From: Dehalococcoidia bacterium
Lineage (GTDB): Bacteria > Chloroflexota > Dehalococcoidia > UBA2979
Reading direction: 5' to 3'
Length of the DNA stretch: 64,000 nt
Assembly (NCBI GenBank): GCA_965262725.1
Contig: OZ253555.1
Coordinates: 928,001-992,000 of the forward strand
Both the position numbers and the translations under genes were made by a program. A model generated the notes under the pieces. It had not been told where the DNA came from and did no database searches. It saw nothing but the letters and a program-made list of their open reading frames with translations. Shown piece after piece: positions 17,776-27,743 of the stretch (positions within the stretch are counted from its first letter, which is position 1; every line of letters starts with the position of its first letter).

Positions 17776-19023
17776 ATGAGCTCAGGCGCGGTGACGATCG
17801 CGGACGTCGAGGGCGCTGCTCGGCGCCTCTCCGGCATCGTCCGCCGCACTCCGCTCTGGCCCTCCGTCGAGCTTTCCGACCGCCTGGGCGTTCCGGTCTC
17901 ACTGAAGTGCGAGAGTCTGCAGCGCACGGGCTCCTTCAAGATGCGCGGCGCCTCTAACATGCTCGCCACCGCGGATCCGCGCCCGCCGGGCGTCGTCGCC
18001 GCCTCGGCCGGGAACCACGCGCAGGGCGTGGCGCTCGCCGCGCGTGAGCTCGGTCTCCCGGCGACGGTGGTGATGCCGCGGCTGGCTCCGCTGGCGAAGA
18101 GGCGCGCGACGCGCGAGTACGGCGCCACCATCGAACTCCTCGACGGTCCGCTCGCGGCGTGCCAGGAGCGCGCCCGCGCGATCGCCGCCGAGCGAGGGCT
18201 GCTCTACGTCCCGCCCTACGACGCCCCCGACATCGTGGCCGGGCAGGGCACCCTCGGTCTGGAGGTAGTGGAGGACGTGCCCGATCTCGAGACGGTCCTC
18301 GTACCGGCGGGCGGCGGCGGGCTGCTGGCGGGAGTGGCCGTCGCGGTGAAGGCCCGCCGTCCTCAGGCGCGAGTCATCGGCGTGCAGACGCAGGCGATGC
18401 CGGGGATCCTCGATTCGCTGGCGTCCGGCGAGCCGCGGCAACTGCCGGCGCGGCACACGATCGCGGACGGCGCCGCCGTCTCTGGCCCCTCCGGGCTCAC
18501 CCTGGACCTGATTCGCCGCCACGTCACGGATGTCGTCGCCGTCAGCGAGGAGGAGGTGGCGCGTGGCCTGCTCTTCCTGCTGGAGACCTCGCGCCTCGTG
18601 GCGGAGGGGGCCGGCGCACTCGGCGTGGCGGCGCTGCTCGGCGGCCACGTGGAGCTCCGCGGGCCCACGGTGGCCGTCGTCTCCGGAGGGAATATCGACG
18701 TCAACCGCCTGGGGTGGCTGCTCGCTCGCGGGCTTGCCGCCGACGGGAGGCAGCGGACTCTCACCGTTGCCTGTGCGCATGTCCCGGGCGAGCTGGCGCG
18801 CATCACCGTCGCGATCGCGGCTCAGGGAGTCAACGTCGTCGAGATCGACCACGACCTGAGGTCGCCGGAGCTCCCGGTCGGGGTCGCGCGCGTCCGCCTG
18901 CGCCTCGACGTCGATGGCGCGGCGGCCTTCGACGCGCTCGTCGACTCGCTCCTCGACGCGGGCTTCCGCCGGGGCACGGCGACCGACCTAGAGACGCCGG
19001 CCGCGGCCGAGAATCCGCACTAG
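17776..19023 (+). CDS. ilvA: Threonine/serine ammonia-lyase with C-terminal ACT domain
   Basis: KCESLQRTGSFKMRGA (PLP Lys), ASAGNHAQGVA, GQGTLGLE, GGGGL, SGGNID; ACT-like PGELARIT..GVNVVEIDH. Confidence 0.88.
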   Translation: MSSGAVTIADVEGAARRLSGIVRRTPLWPSVELSDRLGVPVSLKCESLQRTGSFKMRGASNMLATADPRPPGVVAASAGNHAQGVALAARELGLPATVVMPRLAPLAKRRATREYGATIELLDGPLAACQERARAIAAERGLLYVPPYDAPDIVAGQGTLGLEVVEDVPDLETVLVPAGGGGLLAGVAVAVKARRPQARVIGVQTQAMPGILDSLASGEPRQLPARHTIADGAAVSGPSGLTLDLIRRHVTDVVAVSEEEVARGLLFLLETSRLVAEGAGALGVAALLGGHVELRGPTVAVVSGGNIDVNRLGWLLARGLAADGRQRTLTVACAHVPGELARITVAIAAQGVNVVEIDHDLRSPELPVGVARVRLRLDVDGAAAFDALVDSLLDAGFRRGTATDLETPAAAENPH

Positions 19024-19097
19024 CCCGCCGGCGCCGTCCCCACGCCGTCTGTGCTCGCGATCCGCGGCCTGCGCGCCTCGGAGGGAGGCGCCGGCGG

Positions 19098-19982
19098 CTA
19101 TCGCCGCGTCGCGAGCTCGGTCGATTCCGCGCCGTCGGGCCAGCCGAGGTACTCGGCGAGCGCTCGCCCGAGGATCCACTCGCGGTCGTCGTCGTCGAGG
19201 AAGTCCGCCTGCACGCGGACCACGTCGAGCTGCTCCTCGTAGCGGTCGTAGCCGATGCGCAGAGACTGCGTGTAGTCGGTCCCCCAAAAGAGGCGCTCGG
19301 GTCCGTACGCCTCGAAGACCCGGCGGAGGAGCGCGACACCGATCGGCGAGCGGTCGAAGGGGGGCTTCGCCGACACCTTGACCGCGACTCGGGGATGGCG
19401 GGCGAGATCGAGCACCTGCCCAATCTCGGGGTGGTCGAGGTCGGCCACGGCGTCGCCCCGGGCCTGGGCCAGCGCCTCAGCAACCGGCAGCCCCATGTGG
19501 TCGATGATCAGGCGCAGGCCGGGGTGGCGCCGAACGATTCGCTCCACGTAGTCTTTCGCGCCGGTGCTGAAGACGGCGACGGGTACATCGTGCCGCTCGC
19601 ACGCCTCCCAGAACGGATCGGCGGCCTCGTCGGATCCCCAGAAGGTGCGCAGGCGCGCGTGCACGTGCGTGCGGATGCCTATCATCCCCGGCTGGGAGAG
19701 CCATCCCGCGACCCGCTCGGGGGCGTCGGGAGCGGCCGGGTTGATGAGCCCCATCACGGCGAGTCGGGTCGGGTGGCGGGCGGCGCACTCCAGCCCGTAC
19801 TCGTTGTTCGTCCCCATGAACCCGGGCGGTACGATCACCGCGCGGTCGACGTCGGCGCGGTCCAGCACCGGGAGGAAGCGCTCCGGACCGTAAGGCTGGG
19901 GGAGGTTGGGTTCGCTGATCCCCGTCCACGGCCGATCGGGCCGGTTCTCTTCCCAGAGGTGGATCTGCGAGTCGGTGATCAC
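19098..19982 (-). CDS. Amidohydrolase family protein (Amidohydro_2)
   Basis: DSQIHLW, LRLIIDHMG, VAVKVSA, ERLFWGTDY; GTG 19982 overlaps the upstream stop. Confidence 0.85.
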   Translation of the reverse strand: MITDSQIHLWEENRPDRPWTGISEPNLPQPYGPERFLPVLDRADVDRAVIVPPGFMGTNNEYGLECAARHPTRLAVMGLINPAAPDAPERVAGWLSQPGMIGIRTHVHARLRTFWGSDEAADPFWEACERHDVPVAVFSTGAKDYVERIVRRHPGLRLIIDHMGLPVAEALAQARGDAVADLDHPEIGQVLDLARHPRVAVKVSAKPPFDRSPIGVALLRRVFEAYGPERLFWGTDYTQSLRIGYDRYEEQLDVVRVQADFLDDDDREWILGRALAEYLGWPDGAESTELATRR

Positions 19983-20746
19983 GGGGCCGCGACCCCCTCC
20001 CGGGCGAGGTCGGCGCGGTAGCGCTCGATCCCGGCGTACGTGTCGGACGGGAGACCCTCCAGGTACTCGCTGATCTCGGCCAGGGGGAGCACGTCCCCGT
20101 ACTTGTTGTGGATGTCGAAAAGGTTGACGCGGTGGGTCACCTCGCCGCGGTCGAAGGTGCATTCCTCCACGACCTGCACGCGGTAGTTGAGGTTGAAGGC
20201 TTCGATCACGGTGGCCCGCACGCAGCCCGAGGTCGCGGTGCCGCAGATGATGACGTCGTCGATCCCAAGCAGCGTGAGGTAGCTCGCGAGCGGCGTGCCG
20301 TAGAACGCCGCGGGCTTCGTCTTCTCGATCACGAGCTCACCGGGGGCGGGCGCGATCTCCTCGACGATCTGCATGCCGATGCGCCGCGAGATCTCCGACT
20401 TGACGCGGGTCTCGCCGCGCGCGTTCTTCCACAGCCAGCCGCCGCGCTGGATCAGCGTCGCCTCGCGGGGGCCGGTGGTGTAGAAGACCGGCACGCCGCG
20501 CGCCCGGGCCTCCGCGAGCAGCACGCGGATCTGCCCGATGGCATCCCACGCCGCCTCGCCGCACGAGTTGTGGAAGCGCCTCTGCGACTCGCGGATGGGC
20601 TCGCGCCGATCGCCGGTGAAGTCGTAGCTCACGTCGATCACCAGCACGGCCGGCCGCGCGCCGAACTCGCCCCGCCGCCCGTAGCCGGCGGCCTCCCAGA
20701 TCTCCCGCTCCGACTCGGGGATCACCTCGTCCCATATGCGCGGCAT
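19979..20746 (-). CDS. Isochorismatase-family cysteine hydrolase (N-carbamoyl/maleamate amidase-like)
   Basis: PAVLVIDV, IEKTKPAAFYGT, GTATSGCVRATV (Asp-Lys-Cys triad), FDIHNKYGDV. Confidence 0.9.
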   Translation of the reverse strand: MPRIWDEVIPESEREIWEAAGYGRRGEFGARPAVLVIDVSYDFTGDRREPIRESQRRFHNSCGEAAWDAIGQIRVLLAEARARGVPVFYTTGPREATLIQRGGWLWKNARGETRVKSEISRRIGMQIVEEIAPAPGELVIEKTKPAAFYGTPLASYLTLLGIDDVIICGTATSGCVRATVIEAFNLNYRVQVVEECTFDRGEVTHRVNLFDIHNKYGDVLPLAEISEYLEGLPSDTYAGIERYRADLAREGVAAP

Positions 20747-20787
20747 CCGCGTCCCCTCCCGCTCGAGTGACTCACCCGCCGGTGCGG

Positions 20788-22167
20788 CTATGCCGCCCCC
20801 CGCAGCTCGCGGCGCAGATAGCGGCCGTCGCCGGGGCTCCCGGTGATCTCGCCCTCCTCCATCACCACGCGCCCGCCCAGCACGGTCGCCACTGGCCAGC
20901 CACGGAAGCGCTCGCCCTCGAAGAGCGAGTAGTCGACGCCCAGGAGCTCCGCGCGGAAGTTGACCTCGCGGGCAAGATCGACGACGACGAGGTCGGCATC
21001 GGCCCCCGGCGCGATGCGCCCCTTCCCCACGAGCCCGAAGAGGCGCGCGGCGTTGGCGCTGGTGACCGCGGCCACCTGCGGCAGCGTGAGACGCCCCTCG
21101 CTGACGCCGCGTGCGAGCAGGAGGGGGAGGATCGTTGCCGAGCCCGGGACGCCGCCCCGGGCCTCCCAGATGTCGTCGAAGCCGCCCGCGCTCTTCTGGT
21201 CCCAGCGGATCGGGATGTGATCGGAGCCCATGCAGCTCACGCCGCCGTCACCGAGCGCCAGCCAGAGCGCCTCGTTGTCGGCGCGCCACTTGATGGCCGG
21301 GTTGTACTTCGCGAGCATCGCCTTCTCGTGGTCGGCGTGGATCTCGAGGTAGTGCGGGCAGGTCTCCCCGTCCATGCGCACGCCCCGCGAGCGAGCCTCG
21401 CGGATCACCTGCGGACCCTCGGCCGTGCTCATGTGCACCACGTAGAGGGGGCACCCCTGGAGCCCCGCGTAGTAGGCCGCGCGGCGCATGCACTCCTCCT
21501 CCAGGGCGTTGGGGCGCGATTCGCTCCAGGCGGCGGCGTCTCTCCGCCCCTCGGCGCGCAACCGCTCGCCGAGGACGGTCGCGATCTCCCAGTTCTCGGC
21601 GTGCACCATGGCGATCGCGGGGTCGCCGAGCGCCGCTATCTGGCCCAGCGCCTCGTAGAGCACGCCGTCGTCGACCGAGACGGTCGCCGGATAGAGCTCC
21701 CGTCCGCCAGCAGCGAAGTACATCTTGTACGAGGTCGCGCCATGTTCCCGGGCGAGCTCGGGGAGCTCGTGAACGTGCGCCATCGACTCGATGATCGGGG
21801 AGAAGGCGATATCGCAGTGTGCCGCGCTCCCCACCGCATCTATCTGCTGAGCGAGCAGGGGGCCGTACGGCTCGTCGGGGGAGGCGACGAAGACCATCGC
21901 GGTTGTGACGCCTCCCGCGATGAGCGAGCGTGTCTCGCGCTCGCAGATGGAGGCGAAGCCCTCCCCGGACGGCATGTGGACGTGCGGATCGATCACGCCG
22001 GGGAGCACGTGACGCCCGGTGGCCTCGAGCGTGCGCTCGGCGTCAAGCGGCGTACCGGGCTCCACCAGCGCGGCAATCCGGCCTCCCGAGACGGCGATCT
22101 CGCCGTGCCACTCCCCCTCCGGCGTGACGACGGTCCCGCCGACGATCGCCAGCTCGTACTTGGCCAC
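20788..22167 (-). CDS. Cyclic amidohydrolase (dihydropyrimidinase/allantoinase/dihydroorotase family)
   Basis: LPGVIDPHVH, GGVTT, SYKMY, MVHAEN, YVVHMS, GETCPHYL, KYNPAIK, GSDH, KGRIAPGADADLV. Confidence 0.9.
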   Translation of the reverse strand: MAKYELAIVGGTVVTPEGEWHGEIAVSGGRIAALVEPGTPLDAERTLEATGRHVLPGVIDPHVHMPSGEGFASICERETRSLIAGGVTTAMVFVASPDEPYGPLLAQQIDAVGSAAHCDIAFSPIIESMAHVHELPELAREHGATSYKMYFAAGGRELYPATVSVDDGVLYEALGQIAALGDPAIAMVHAENWEIATVLGERLRAEGRRDAAAWSESRPNALEEECMRRAAYYAGLQGCPLYVVHMSTAEGPQVIREARSRGVRMDGETCPHYLEIHADHEKAMLAKYNPAIKWRADNEALWLALGDGGVSCMGSDHIPIRWDQKSAGGFDDIWEARGGVPGSATILPLLLARGVSEGRLTLPQVAAVTSANAARLFGLVGKGRIAPGADADLVVVDLAREVNFRAELLGVDYSLFEGERFRGWPVATVLGGRVVMEEGEITGSPGDGRYLRRELRGAA

Positions 22168-22187
22168 GCCGCCACCCCCGCCCGGCG

Positions 22188-22964
22188 CTAGTCCCCGGTG
22201 AACGTCGCCTCGCGTCCTTCGGCGAAGGAGGTGACCGCCTCGCGGTAGTCGCGCGAGGCGAGCACGCTCTTCGCCGCGTGGTGCAGGTAGTCGCGCGCTT
22301 CGGTGTAGCGCAGCGCGTGCAGAGCAACATCCTTGTAGATCTCGACCGCGCGCGGCGGGTTCGCGAGGATCTTCTTCGCGATCTCGAGCGCGGTCGGCAG
22401 GAGCTCGTCGGGCTCCACCAGGTGCGAGACGAAGCCCCACCTGTGCGCGAGCTCCGCCGGGATCATCTCCCCCGTGAGGCCGAGGTAGCTCGCCACCGCC
22501 GGCGGGTACGCTTTGACGAGCAGGTCGATGCGCCCCACCTGCCCCGCCTTGATCTCGAGATCGCCGAAGCGCGCCGCGGTCGAGGCGATGCGGATGTCAC
22601 AGTCGAGCGCGATGCCGTGCCCGCCGCCGACGCAGAGCCCGTTCACCGCGGCGATGATCGGTTTGCGGATCTCGTGCTGTCCGGGGAGGCCGAAGCGCCG
22701 CGGGTCGCGGCGCTCGGCGCGCGGCGGCTGCCTGCCCTCGCGCGCGTACATCGCGCGCTCCTTGAGGTCGGCCCCGGCGCAGAACGCTCGACCCGCGCCG
22801 GTGATGATGGCGACGCGCAGCCCGTCGTCCTCGTTGAACGCCTCCCACGCGTCACCGAGGTCGTGGTGAAGCTGCTCGTTCAGCGCGTTGAGGGCCTCGG
22901 GTCGGTTCATCGTGATGACCACGACCTCCCCCTGCGGCTCGTAGAGGACCGTCTTCAGTTCCAT
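22188..22964 (-). CDS. Enoyl-CoA hydratase/isomerase (crotonase) family
   Basis: MNRPEALNAL, GAGRAFCAGADL, KPIIAAVNGLCVGGG, CDIRIA. Confidence 0.92.
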   Translation of the reverse strand: MELKTVLYEPQGEVVVITMNRPEALNALNEQLHHDLGDAWEAFNEDDGLRVAIITGAGRAFCAGADLKERAMYAREGRQPPRAERRDPRRFGLPGQHEIRKPIIAAVNGLCVGGGHGIALDCDIRIASTAARFGDLEIKAGQVGRIDLLVKAYPPAVASYLGLTGEMIPAELAHRWGFVSHLVEPDELLPTALEIAKKILANPPRAVEIYKDVALHALRYTEARDYLHHAAKSVLASRDYREAVTSFAEGREATFTGD

Positions 22965-23119
22965 CGCTCGGCTCTCCCGCCCGCTTCGCGCCGCCGCCGG
23001 GCCGGAAGCATACCGCCATAGGAGGCCGGAACGTGGCGTTCGCTCGCTGGGAGCGCGCCGGTCGTGCTCGCAGCGTCCGCGACGCATCGCCTATGCTCGC
23101 CCCGGTACGGGAGGTTCCG

Positions 23120-24064
23120 ATGATCATCGATATGCACATCCACGTCTGGGATGAGGGCTACCAGCCGGAGGGCTACAAGCAGGGGATGGCGCTGGGCGCG
23201 GCGACGCGCCGCTGGCCACCCCGCGATCCGGCAACCATCCGGCCGCGGGTGATGTCAGGAGCGTCGGACCCCGAGGGCGAACTCCTGATCCCCGAACTCG
23301 ACCGCGCGGGCGTCGACGCGGCGGTCGCGATGGTGGTCGATATGGGACCCGCCTACGGCCAGGAACAGGACGTTCCGATCGACGAGGTGCTGGCGCAGCA
23401 CGCGCGGCTGATGGAGCGCTATCCAGGCAGGTTCTACGCTTACTTCGGCCGCGACCCGCGCCGCCCCGATACGCCCGAGCGTTTCCGCGAGGCCGTCGCG
23501 GAACAGGGGTTCCGCGGCATCAAGATCTACCCACCCTGCGGCTACCGGCCCGACGACGAGGTCTGCTGGCCGCTCTACGAGACCTGCATCGAGTTCGGGG
23601 TGCCGGCTCTCTTCCACACCGGGACAGCCTCGCCGCCGCTCGACCCCGGGCTCGTCCATCCGAGCCTGCTCTCGGCGGTCTCCCGGCGCTACCCCGAGCT
23701 GACTGTGATCTACGGCCACATCGGCCGTCCGCACTGGTGGCGGGACATTCTGCACATCTCCGGCAGCAATCCGAACGCGTACCTCGAGCTCTCGCAGTGG
23801 CACCGCGAGGCGAGTGTCGACCCCGGCGGCTTCGCGCTCGTGCTCGCCGAGATGCGCGACACCGTGGGTGCGCACCGCATCCTGATGGGGAGTGACTACT
23901 CAGCAGGCCCCAGGACCACGGGTGATCGTAGCTGGTACCCGGGCTGGATCGAGTACTTGCGGACGCTTCCGGAGCGAGGAGCGGAGTATGGCGTCTCCTT
24001 CTCGGAAGAGGAGATCGCTCTGATCTTGGGCGGAAACGCGCAGCGACTGCTGAAGCTGAGCTAG
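23120..24064 (+). CDS. Amidohydrolase family protein (Amidohydro_2)
   Basis: MIIDMHIH, GFRGIKIYP, VPALFHTG, GHIG, RILMGSDY, ILGGNAQRLL; GGGAGG RBS. Confidence 0.9.
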   Translation: MIIDMHIHVWDEGYQPEGYKQGMALGAATRRWPPRDPATIRPRVMSGASDPEGELLIPELDRAGVDAAVAMVVDMGPAYGQEQDVPIDEVLAQHARLMERYPGRFYAYFGRDPRRPDTPERFREAVAEQGFRGIKIYPPCGYRPDDEVCWPLYETCIEFGVPALFHTGTASPPLDPGLVHPSLLSAVSRRYPELTVIYGHIGRPHWWRDILHISGSNPNAYLELSQWHREASVDPGGFALVLAEMRDTVGAHRILMGSDYSAGPRTTGDRSWYPGWIEYLRTLPERGAEYGVSFSEEEIALILGGNAQRLLKLS

Positions 24065-24094
24065 TCGAGGTCCGGCGGCGAAAGGGGGCGACGG

Positions 24095-25147
24095 ATGAGA
24101 ATCGCGCTGCAGTACGCACCGGGGCCGCGGGTGACCGAACTCGGGCCGCTGTCCCGGGCCGCCGAGGATGCGGGTCTCGACGGCCTCGGCCTCGCATCGC
24201 CGTACGGCTTCTACAGCGGGGCTGGCCGGCTGATCGACTCCACGAAGCGGATCCGGGTGGCGACGAGCGTGCTTCCCCTCTTCCACGGCACACCCTTCTT
24301 GCATGCCTCCTCGGCGATGATGCTGCAGGAGATGTCGGGGGGACGCTTCATCCTGGGCGTCGGTTCGCAGACGAAGGGGCAGGTGCGCACGCAGGCCGGG
24401 TTCGACCCGGAGAAGCCGGCCCTGCGCGCGCGCGACATGGTGCGCGCGATCCGCGCGCTGCTCTCGGGCGAGGGCGGCTACGACGGCGAGTACTACCACG
24501 TCACCGGCGTCGGCTCGCTCGCTGCCGGGGGAGTCGGCGTCTCGCCGCCGCCGATCTATTTCTCCGGCGTCAATCCCCTCAACCTGCGCATTACCGGGGA
24601 AGTCGGCGACGGGATGCTGGCGCACCCGATCTTCTCGCGCCGCTACTACGACGACGTGGTCTGGCCGGCCGTCGAGGAGGGGATGCGCCGCGCAGGTCGT
24701 TCGCGCGCCGATTTCGAGATGTGCGCGATGCCGATGATCTGGGTCGTGGACGAGACGACGAGCCGCGAGGAGGGTCTCCGCCGCGGCAAGCGCAACCTCG
24801 CGAACTACTACTCGACGCGCGCCTACGGCGGGTACATGGAGTTCCATGGGTGGGCTCGCGAACGCGACGATATCAGGGCTGTGTGGGAGCGGGCGCGGAC
24901 GAGCGGGAAGCCCATCGATGGGCACGAGATGGAAGAGATCGTCTCCGACGCGATCGTGGAGGAGATCTGTCTGATCGGCACGGCCGACGAGGTCCGCGAG
25001 CTCGCGCGCGAGCGCTACGGGGGTGTGGCGGAGACACTCTTCATGTACTCGCTGCACGACGGCTACAACCGCGCGGGCGACGAGGCGGAAAAGAACGAAC
25101 AGAACCTCTACCGTGTGATCGAGGCGTTCCGCGGCTTCGAGGGCTGA
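24095..25147 (+). CDS. LLM-class (luciferase-like) oxidoreductase, probably F420-dependent
   Basis: STKRIRVATSV, LQEMSGGRFILGVGS, GEYY, PPIYFSGVNP..LRITGEVGDG. F420 dependence is inferred from cofCD nearby. Confidence 0.85.
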   Translation: MRIALQYAPGPRVTELGPLSRAAEDAGLDGLGLASPYGFYSGAGRLIDSTKRIRVATSVLPLFHGTPFLHASSAMMLQEMSGGRFILGVGSQTKGQVRTQAGFDPEKPALRARDMVRAIRALLSGEGGYDGEYYHVTGVGSLAAGGVGVSPPPIYFSGVNPLNLRITGEVGDGMLAHPIFSRRYYDDVVWPAVEEGMRRAGRSRADFEMCAMPMIWVVDETTSREEGLRRGKRNLANYYSTRAYGGYMEFHGWARERDDIRAVWERARTSGKPIDGHEMEEIVSDAIVEEICLIGTADEVRELARERYGGVAETLFMYSLHDGYNRAGDEAEKNEQNLYRVIEAFRGFEG

Positions 25148-25252
25148 CGGGCGCGTTCCGCTCGTGGACAGCGCCGCAAGTAGCCAGCGTCGCCTGGCGT
25201 CGGGCCGTGGCTCCGCAGCGAGGTCTGAGCGTCCGGGCCTGGTCGAGGGTGG

Positions 25253-27721
25253 CTAGCGGCGCGTGGGCCGCGCGTAGACGCGCAGCATCCCCGGCACGTC
25301 CGCGATCACCGCGCGCTCGCGGAGGCCGGTCAGTTCGTCGTCCGTGATGCCGAGCTCGCGCAACACCTCGTCGTTGTGCTCGGCGAAGAGCGCCGCGGGC
25401 CTCGCGCGTGACGGCGCAGGGGTCTCCGAGAGTCGCCAGGGGAGTCCCTCCCAGCGCTGGAAGCCGATCTCTGGGTGGACGGTGTCCACCCAGTAGCCAC
25501 GCCGGAAGAGGTGTGGGTCGGAGACGATCTCCCAGTTGGCGAACACGGGGCCGGCGGGGACGCCCGCCGCCTGCAGGCGGCGGGTCGCATCGTTGTGGTC
25601 GAGGGGAGCGCTCCACGCCTCGATCGCCGCGTCGATCTCGTCGTGCGCGGCCCGTCGCGCGTCGACGTCGGGGTAGCGGGAGCAGAGCTCGGGGCGGTCG
25701 ATCACCGCGCAGAGTGCGCGCCATTGCTCGTCCGACTCGACTCCTATCGCCAGCCAGCAGTCGTCCCCCGCGGAGCGGTACGCCCCCTGCGGCGCGATGC
25801 GCAGCGACCGGTTTCCCCGCGGCTCTGCGACGTGTCCGCTGAGCCGGTAGTCCATCACCGGCTCCACGGCGAAGAGCGCCCCGGACTCCGAGAGCGCCAT
25901 GTCGAGGTGCTGCCCGCGGCCGCTCCGCTCACGCTCCCATAGGGCCGCCACGACGCCGAGGAAAGCGTGCGTGCCGGTGAGGGGGTCGGCCTGGAAGGAC
26001 CCGGTGGCGTAAAAGTCGCCCGGTGCGTAGCCGGTGCGGGCGATCAGCCCCGCGGCGGCCTCGACGTTGGAGCCGAGACCGAGGTAGTGAGCCTCCGGCC
26101 CCGTCGCTCCGAACCCGGACATGGAACAGAGGATGATGCGCGGATTGCGCTTGGTGAGCGTCTCGTAGGAGAGACCGAGGTTGGGGAAGACGCGCGCGCT
26201 GTTGTTCTCGAGCACGACGTCGGCGCGCTCCACCATCCGCAGAAAGATCTCGCGCCCCTCGGCAGTGGCGAGGTCGAGGCAGATCGCGCGCTTGTTGCGA
26301 TTGAACTGATTCCACGCCGCACCACGGTTGTAGAAGCGTGGCCAGATCTGGGCGCCGGCGAAGTGCTGCCCGCGGGTCGGTTGCGTCAGAGAGCGCTCTA
26401 TGGCGACGACGTCCGCTCCGAGGTCGGCGAAATACATGCCGCACAGGGGCCCGGCCCAGCTGTTGGTCACCTCGATCACGCGCAGCCCCTCGAAGGGGAG
26501 CTTCCCGGCCCGGCCGGGGTGGGGCGGAGGGGCCCGGCCGGCCGACCCGCCGTTCGCGCTGGCGGCGCCTTCGGCGGCGGTATCGCTTGGGCCGTCGTGG
26601 TGGGCGTCGAGCCGGGGCGCCGCGCGGACCGGTCCCGCCGCTGATCGCGAGAAGCGCCACGGCGGGCCGGGTATCTCGATGGTCCCTGCGCGCGGGTGGT
26701 CGACCGCGCGCCAGAAGTCGCGGACGGCGAGCTGCGGCGAGTCGGCGAGGTCGGCGACCGTCTGGACCGGCGTGACGAGCATCCGTAGTGCCTGCGCCCG
26801 CTCGGACACCTCGTGCTTGGGTTGGGTCTTGACCCAGGCCGTGAAGCGATCGAGCACCTCGGGGAGCGCATCGAGCCAGCCCTCCGATGTCTGGAACGCG
26901 GGGTCATCGACGCGCTCGGGCTCGCCCATGAGCAGGAAGATCTCGGGCGTGAAGCGCGTGGCGAAGAGGTGGCCGTCGCCGCAGGGGACAATGATCGCCG
27001 CCGTTCCGTCGCCGCGCCGCTTCACCTGTCCCTCTTGACTCCACATCGAGAGCACGAAGACGTGGGAGGAGACGAGCGATTCGAAGGTCGACACGTCGAC
27101 GTGCTGACCGCGACCCGTGCGGCGCGCGTGCCACAGAGCGGCGGCCGTGCCGGCTGCGACCTGCATCCCGGCGTGTAACTCGCCCTGATGCCCGTGCGCC
27201 ATGAGGGGCGCCCGCTCCGGGTCGCCGCAGAAGTACATCCAGCCGCCCATGGCGTAGTCGACGATCTCGCTCGCGACTCGGTCGGCGTAAGGGCCGTCGT
27301 GCCCGAAGGCGGAGTGCGAGGCGTACACGAGGCCGGGGAAGCGCCGGAGGATCTCGGTGTGCGAGAGCCCGCGGCGCTCCATCACCCGCGGCCCTGTGGA
27401 CTCTACGAGGACGTCTGCGCCGGCAAGCAGGGCCAGGAAGCGCTCGCGGTCGCTCTCCCGGTCGAGGTCGAGGACGATGCTCTGCTTTCCGGCGTTGAGC
27501 GCGAGGTGAAGGCCACCCGCCTCGAGGTCCGGCGTGGCCGCCGCGAACGGGCCCAGTGCGCGCAGTCTGTCGCCGCCCGGCGGCTCGACCTTGATGACGC
27601 TGGCGCCCAGGTCGGCGAGCAGCCGCGATGCATAGCCACCCGCCACGCCCTCCGCGGCGTCGACCACGGTAACGTCGGCGAGTGGTCGCTCGCCGACGTC
27701 CCGAGTTGCCTCCACGCTCAC
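25253..27721 (-). CDS. Family III CoA-transferase (CaiB/BaiF), two fused domains
   Basis: Two copies of L(F)ADLGA.V..(V/I)E, N..K..I.LDL and G.GQH.D in an 822-aa product. Confidence 0.92.
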   Translation of the reverse strand: MSVEATRDVGERPLADVTVVDAAEGVAGGYASRLLADLGASVIKVEPPGGDRLRALGPFAAATPDLEAGGLHLALNAGKQSIVLDLDRESDRERFLALLAGADVLVESTGPRVMERRGLSHTEILRRFPGLVYASHSAFGHDGPYADRVASEIVDYAMGGWMYFCGDPERAPLMAHGHQGELHAGMQVAAGTAAALWHARRTGRGQHVDVSTFESLVSSHVFVLSMWSQEGQVKRRGDGTAAIIVPCGDGHLFATRFTPEIFLLMGEPERVDDPAFQTSEGWLDALPEVLDRFTAWVKTQPKHEVSERAQALRMLVTPVQTVADLADSPQLAVRDFWRAVDHPRAGTIEIPGPPWRFSRSAAGPVRAAPRLDAHHDGPSDTAAEGAASANGGSAGRAPPPHPGRAGKLPFEGLRVIEVTNSWAGPLCGMYFADLGADVVAIERSLTQPTRGQHFAGAQIWPRFYNRGAAWNQFNRNKRAICLDLATAEGREIFLRMVERADVVLENNSARVFPNLGLSYETLTKRNPRIILCSMSGFGATGPEAHYLGLGSNVEAAAGLIARTGYAPGDFYATGSFQADPLTGTHAFLGVVAALWERERSGRGQHLDMALSESGALFAVEPVMDYRLSGHVAEPRGNRSLRIAPQGAYRSAGDDCWLAIGVESDEQWRALCAVIDRPELCSRYPDVDARRAAHDEIDAAIEAWSAPLDHNDATRRLQAAGVPAGPVFANWEIVSDPHLFRRGYWVDTVHPEIGFQRWEGLPWRLSETPAPSRARPAALFAEHNDEVLRELGITDDELTGLRERAVIADVPGMLRVYARPTRR

Positions 27722-27743
27722 GGATCCCCCCGCTCGGCGGCCG

